Below, piece after piece: positions 56,766-64,000 of a stretch of DNA of 64,000 nt; positions within the stretch are counted from its first letter, which is position 1, and the number at the start of each line of letters is the position of its first letter. The position numbers were made by a program, and so were the translations under genes. The DNA comes from Octopus vulgaris (Eukaryota). The stretch is taken from assembly GCA_951406725.2 (NCBI GenBank), contig OX597817.1, positions 46,438,001 to 46,502,000 of the forward strand, written 5' to 3'. The notes under the pieces were generated by a model. The model was not told the origin of the DNA and searched no databases. It saw nothing but the letters and a program-made list of their open reading frames with translations.

Positions 56766-57644
56766 AGTGCTGGTACAGTAACTGTTGTAACATCATCAAT
56801 AACCTCATTATTGCTTCGGGGCCTGTATTAGTTTTCAAGCCATGGAAAATTTCAGAATGAAAAAGAACTATTGTTGTCTGATCAAACACTTGCCCGTCTT
56901 CGTTCTGGCTCATCTGACAAAATCTAAGGGCCTGCAGGAATATTGGGGATAGAGGAGATGGTAGGGTATGGCGAAACTGCCACGATGCACTTCAGAAGAT
57001 TCAATACTGCATATCGGTGAGTAGGGTGTAGCTTCCGCTGAGGGCAATAAGTTATAGTAGAGGCGCATGGCTTAGTGGTTAGGGTATTGGATTCGTGACC
57101 GTAAGATAGTGGTTTCGATTCCTGGACCGAGCAACGCGTATTCTTGAGCAAAACTCTTCATTCTACTCAGCTGACAAAAATGAGTAACACGGCATCCCTT
57201 CTACGTGGTGAATTTATACACAACGTAGCAGGAACACCGGCCCCTGAAAGTCGGATTGACTCGAGAAGGTAATTTTACTTTACAATAAGGTATATCTTTT
57301 CTTTCTTTTTTTTTTTTCTGAACTCCAGGACAAATTAGTATTTGTTGCTCGGTTTCTATTGCGTATACATGACCAAGATCAAGCATCCCCCCTGTAAGGG
57401 ATGCTGATCTGTTTCAAATTTCAAGATAAGCAACTATAAGGGGAAGGGACATGTTAGTCACATCAACCGCATTACGTCACTGACACGTTATTTTATCATA
57501 CCTAAGGAGCTGAAAGGCGTGGTTGTTATCGACGGAATTTGAACTCAGAACGAAAAGAACCGGAAGAAATAACGCAAAGCATTTTGTCCGAAATTTTAAT
57601 GATACTCCTTGTTCGTCGTCGGGTTAAGGTATATCTAGCACGAT

Positions 57645-57876
57645 AAGGCGACAACCTGCCAGAAACGTTAGGACGCCGAGCGAAATGTGTAGCCGTATTT
57701 CGTCTGCCGTTACGTTCTGAGTTCAAATTCCGCCGAGGTCGACTTTACCTTTCATACTTTCAAGGTAGATAAAGTAAGTACCAGTTACGCACGGGGGTCG
57801 ATATAATTGACTTAATCCGTTTGTCTGTCCTTGTTTGTCCTCTCTATGTTTAGCCCCTTGTTGGTAGTAAAGAAAT
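57645..57876 (+). mobile_element. SINE family A monomer with perfect 18 bp TSD
   Basis: AGGTATATCTAGCACGAT at 57627-57644 and 57877-57894. Confidence 0.93.
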
Positions 57877-58286
57877 AGGTATATCTAGCACGATGGATTT
57901 GTGCGAGTTACAACTCATCGATCAGTTCAAACCTTGCTATGTCACAGAATGATGAGTTAAGAGTGACCCGACGTTACAGAACAAAAATTCATTTTTCATG
58001 AAGAGAGAGAGAGAGAGAAATACAGGGTGAATGGAAAAAGTGAATGATAGTAAAATTCAGAGATCAGCCAAACAGTTAATCGATGTATGTATATTAACTA
58101 GTTTTAAGATGTACAGATCGACAGAGCACAATATAATTTGGCTGAAATATTAGTAGCTGGTAATAATTTCAGATGCAGACGGATTTATGCAGATATTGTT
58201 TTGGTTTGTGAATTAATGATAGATAAATCTGAATCCAAAGCAATACTGAATGAGAAAACTCGATCTCACACACGTATATGTATGTG

Positions 58287-58327
<41 letters not shown>

Positions 58328-58395
58328 TACACACATATATATATACATACACATACATATATAGAGACATATATATTTTTTATGCATACATACAT

Positions 58396-58911
<516 letters not shown>

Positions 58912-59189
58912 GCATGTATATACGTATGTATGTATGCAGACACAACCCACTCAGTAAACATGAAACTTTCCACAACTCTGAGCAAACTAATAACTAGAAT
59001 TTCACTATTTAGACTGAAGCAATGAAAATAACACTTTCTGAATAGTGGGGGAACGGGTAGAAAGAAGCAGAAATTGAAATCAACTGTTGAAAGCTGTATT
59101 ATTGTATTGATAGGAAGTAAGCAAAATAAAACAATATCTGAATGTATGTATGTATGTATGTATGCATATATATATGTGTTGTGTATATG

Positions 59190-59275
<86 letters not shown>

Positions 59276-59459
59276 TTTATAATACATATAAATATATATG
59301 TATATATATGTATATATATATATATATGTATATATATATGTATATATATGTATATATATATATATATATACGATACACAAACATACACATATATATGCTG
59401 ATTGTATATAAATTAATATAAGTATATGTTTACATATGTATATATTTATGTAAATATAC

Positions 59460-59490
<31 letters not shown>

Positions 59491-59592
59491 ACTATATTTA
59501 CATATATATATATATATATACATATATAATATATATATAAATATATTTACATATATATATACATATATATATATAGACATAGACATACACAA

Positions 59593-59631
<39 letters not shown>

Positions 59632-60397
59632 CACAAAGAGTGTGAGAGAGTAAGAGCAGAGAGCGGGAGGGCTAGAGAGATGGACAGAAAGAAAAGTGTT
59701 CGAACAAATTGGTTGATACAGGAGGAATGGGCGAACGATGAGTTGGATGAATTGACGACTGGTAGGATTGATCGATCGATCTATCGATCGATCGTTCGCT
59801 CGATCGAAGGTTATAATGAAAGAATTGGATGAGTTGATGGACGCACAAATGGATGGAGAGACATATATGAGATATATCTTATTGATATTTGGAATACAAC
59901 AGAAAGTATTGTGTCAAATGTTTGCGGAATGCTTATATGGAAATGTATAGATATGTTTTTGCGCAGACAGAAAGTTAAATAATAACGGAGAAGGGACATA
60001 ATTTCGTTTAAAAAAATTGGTCTACAATAGTTATCTTCCAATATGAGAGACTGTAAGGATAGCATATACATACCTACATATTCTTTTATTCTTATATTCT
60101 GATAATTCCTTTTCCAGTCAATTGACTGCGGCCATGCTGGAGCACAGCCTTTAGTCGAACAAATCGACACCAAGGTTTATTCTTTGAAAAGCCTAGTAGT
60201 TCTTCTATCGGACCCCCTTTTTTGTACCCAACCGCTAATTTATGGGGTCGTGAACGCAACAAAACCATTTTGTCAAGCGATGGTTGGAGGACAAACACAG
60301 ACACAAACATATACATATATGTATATGCATGTGTTTGTGTGTGTGTGTGTGTATACATATCCAGCCTCTCCTGCACCACCTGTATGTATATATATAT

Positions 60398-61540
60398 GAA
60401 AAGATCTCAGAATTTTAATTGATTTGCTTTTCGCAGGAAGGAATTTTTCTTCGAAGTATACGTCTCGCTTTTATCCTTCGAAACGTTTAGTAGATGAAAC
60501 TTTAGCGACTGAAGAAGGGGATTTTTCGTTGTGCTTATTGTCCTGTATCTCTTTTTTTTGCCTGTCTTGTTCCTTGGTTTGTGTCTATGTTTTTCGTCTC
60601 TCTATGTGTTCGACGTCTTTTTGGTGTCCTGTACACATATATGCGTGTATATGTACATGTAGAGGTAGGTACGTACATATATGTTTATATATATGCATAT
60701 ATTTTATTAACATATTATACGACTAAACGCACGCACCCTATTAAGTAAGATTGTTCTGTTTATCAAGTTCGCCTTGATATTAACTCTCACGCGACTCTGC
60801 ATCTTTCTTTCTTTCTCTCCCATTCCCTTTTTTGTCTTTTTTCCCTCACTTAACTTGTCTCTTCCTCTCTCTCTCCCCTCACTGTTCTTCATGGTCTCCT
60901 CGCACCATTCCCCTTCTTCTCTCTCTTCCTCTTGCTCCTCCTCCCCCATTCCCGTCGTCCATCTACGACGATACTTCCGTCGTAACTGCTATCCTGTCCT
61001 TTCTCGCCCGCCTTCTAAGGCTACTGGTCGACATCTTCCTCTCTCGTCGTCCACTATAATCCAGCGTTTGCAATACTTTTTTCGTCTGGCGTTAACAGCC
61101 CTTCTTATCTTGTTCTCCTTGTCCTGTCTCTCACTGTTATATATTTATTTTTCCACTGTTTATATATATATTTTTTACTGTTTATATGTTTGTACTGTCG
61201 TTACCGTCTTGCTTTTTTTACCCCTCTGCGAAAAGATCTCAGAATTTTAATTGATTTGCTTTTCGCAGGAAGGAATTTTTCTTCGAAGTATACGTCTCGC
61301 TTTTATCCTTCGAAACGTTTAGTAGATGAAACTTTAGCGACTGAAGAAGGGGATTTTTCGTTGTGCTTATTGTCCTGTATCTCTTTTTTTTGCCTGTCTT
61401 GTTCCTTGGTTTGTGTCTATGTTTTTCGTCTCTCTATGTGTTCGACGTCTTTTTGGTGTCCTGTACACATATATGCGTGTATATGTACATGTAGAGGTAG
61501 GTACGTACATATATGTTTATATATATGCATATATTTTATT

Positions 61541-61545
<5 letters not shown>
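60398..61545. mobile_element. Non-coding element with two apparently identical 316 bp direct repeats
   Basis: 60398-60713 matches 61230-61545, around a 516 bp pyrimidine-rich spacer. Sits in TA-rich sequence. Confidence 0.85.
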
Positions 61546-61576
<31 letters not shown>

Positions 61577-61624
61577 AATGCATATATACATAATATAGGT
61601 ACATATTATATAAGCATATATCGG

Positions 61625-61927
61625 TACAGGGGTCATAGAACTTAAACAACACGAAATACGAAAACATGGAATACGAACATATTTTGCGAACAAAAAAAGA
61701 AACAAATGGAAAACAAGACAAGCAACATAAAGAACGACTCTTCATCATTCATCGCCTGTTTTTCTACTCCGTATTTCGAGCAAAATACGGAGTAGAAAAG
61801 CAGCCAACAACCTTATGTTACTTGTCTTGTTTTCCATCTATTTCTTTCGTTGTTCGCAAAAACCATGTTCGTATTTCATGTTTTCGTATTTCGTATTTCA
61901 TGTTGTTTACGTTCTATGGCTCCTGCA
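61625..61927. repeat. Imperfect inverted repeat with an inner hairpin
   Basis: Arms about 105 bp. Inner TTTTCTACTCCGTATTT..AAATACGGAGTAGAAAA at about 61760-61799. Confidence 0.85.
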
Positions 61928-62003
61928 CCAATATATATGTAACTATGTACATATATGCATGTATAAACGCAAATATATATATATATACATACAAACATAT
62001 ATA

Positions 62004-62040
<37 letters not shown>

Positions 62041-62090
62041 TATTGATATTATTATATGATTGAACGCCAGGCATCCATTTCCAAGAAAGT

Positions 62091-62134
<44 letters not shown>

Positions 62135-62170
62135 CACACGCACTCACATAAGTGCATATATATATATATA

Positions 62171-62422
62171 CAGGGTGGGGTAAAAGTAGGCATAGAATTA
62201 TGGAAAAAGGAAACACGTACAATACTCATTTATTTTTATCAAAAAAATTGAAAGTTGCGATAAAAGTGTTAGTATCGTTATGATAAATGTATTATTTTGA
62301 TTAATGATGCTGAAAATATCAAAAATGGAGGTTCACCTACTAACTGCGCTAAAAAATTCAATGAATAACGTATTTTAAATTTGATGTGACAGTTTCTGCA
62401 TACCTACATTTGAATCCATCTG
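62171..62422. mobile_element. Tc1-like MITE, decayed
   Basis: TA-CAGGGTGGGGTAAAAGTAGG ... CCTACATTTGAATCCATCTG imperfect TIRs. Confidence 0.55.
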
Positions 62423-62434
62423 TGTGCGTGTATA

Positions 62435-62471
<37 letters not shown>

Positions 62472-63013
62472 ATTTAGGAATGCTCATGTTGCTAGTTTAG
62501 CCAATAAAAACACTCGCACTATACATTTGGTTTTAATTTGCTTCAGCTTTATTTATTTTTTTACATTAATCTTAATCTTATTTCGGCTAGAGTTCTTTGG
62601 TCACACTCCTGTTACCTCATCAGTGGTCCTTTGCTTTCTTCTTTCTTATTTGCGTGCCTCTCCTTACTAACTGTCAGCCATTTTGTATTTTTTATTCCTA
62701 TTTTATGTGTCTTTATTTGCGCATGCGTATACCCATATGTGTGTCTATGTTTAGTTAGTTTGGGAGGAAGTGCCTGTAATATTTGTAACTCCTCTTTATA
62801 CACGTTCGTGTAATTTGTTTTTGTTTATTTTATTCATGTGTTTACACCTCCTTTTTATGATTTGTATTTTTGTTCTATTTAGTTAACTTAATTTTTTTTT
62901 GTTAACGTATATAGTTATTTACTTCCATTTGTTTATCTGTGTATTTTATTATGTTTTTAGTTTTGTTTATATTGTTATCAGTTTAAGGGGATCTTATTCT
63001 GTCATATGATGTG

Positions 63014-63095
<82 letters not shown>

Positions 63096-63494
63096 CAAAT
63101 AATACATCTCTAAACATAAAGAGATTTATGCAGTAGTGTTACGATAGAGTAGTTGTATAATGTCAACTTAATGTGACAGTCCCATAAAGGGAATCACACT
63201 ACTGCTATTTAGCCCTAGGAAGCAGCAACGCTTCCTGTCGGCCTTGACACATTTGCTGTGTCCATATGTTTGCAAGGGGGAGATAAGCACCTCCACCCAG
63301 CTAAGTCTGCATCTAGAGACTAGTTTCTGAGTCTTTGCGCGTCATCCTTTCGGGGAGCGAGAAAATAAGTACCAGTCAAGAACTGGGGTCGATGTAATCG
63401 ACTTACGCCTTTCTCTGAAATTGTAGGCCCTAAGCCAAAATTTGAAGCCATCGGTGTGTAATGTGTGAGTTGATTAATATTAATGAGCAGGTTC

Positions 63495-63858
63495 GAGGCG
63501 GCGAGCTGGCAGAAACGTTATCACGCCGGGAGAAGTGTTTAGCGATATTTCGTCTGCCGTTACGTTCTGAGTTCAAATTCCGTCGAGGTCGACTTTGCCT
63601 TTCATCCTTTCGGGGTCGATATATTACGTACCAGTTACGCACTGGGGCCGATGTAATCGACTTAATCCCTTTGTCTGTCCTTGTTTGCCCCTTCTGTGTT
63701 TAGCCCCTTGTGGGTAGTAAATAGATAGGTATTTCGTCTGTCTTTATATTCTTTGAGGTCGATAAATTAAGTACCAGTTGCGTACTGGGGTCGATCTAAT
63801 CGACTGGCTCCCTCCCCCAAAATTTTGGGCTTTGTGCCTAGAGTAGAAAAGAATATTA
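63495..63858 (+). mobile_element. SINE family A dimer, second unit internally deleted
   Basis: Head, unit and terminal GTGCCTAGAGTAGAAAAGAATA tail. Confidence 0.88.
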
Positions 63859-64000
63859 TTGAACGGGTTTCTAATCCTGAGCATCTTCTTCCGAGAAACT
63901 GCTTATGATATCGATGTATGAACAGATCTTTAACGTATGCAACCTGTGCGCAACGGTCCTTTCTGTTTATATTTTCCTTTTTCATCAGACCTTGTGCTCC

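Noticed and set aside
56938-57016. Possible exon ending in a GTGAGT donor
   Set aside because: The acceptor lacks a pyrimidine tract and the peptides are unrecognisable.
60424-61645. ORFs of 100-158 aa in the direct-repeat element
   Set aside because: Low complexity with no RT, gag or endonuclease motifs.
62570-62630. Minus-strand CUGAUGA-GGU..GCC-GAAA
   Set aside because: Stems I and III do not pair. At best a dead remnant.

Overview
AT-rich, microsatellite-saturated animal genomic DNA with no intact protein-coding ORF. Nearly all ORF-track entries are translated (TA)n, (ATT)n, (GATA)n, (TACA)n or SINE sequence. The repeat landscape resembles an octopus/cephalopod genome (inference from recalled repeat families, not verified). 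Contents: at least four tRNA-derived SINE families; decayed R4/Dong and RTE LINE fragments; mariner remnants, MITEs and a non-autonomous Helitron; many long fold-back repeats; and a few weak candidate exons and promoter motifs. The most notable signal is about 15 minimal hammerhead-ribozyme motifs of the Penelope/retrozyme type, with palindromic stem III, spread over several repeat families. They include a tRNA-headed (Pol III) hammerhead-tailed element arranged as inverted pairs, a family with a fixed non-canonical A6U core, and two U3-A8 covariant cores. Repeat boundaries were read by eye and are approximate.
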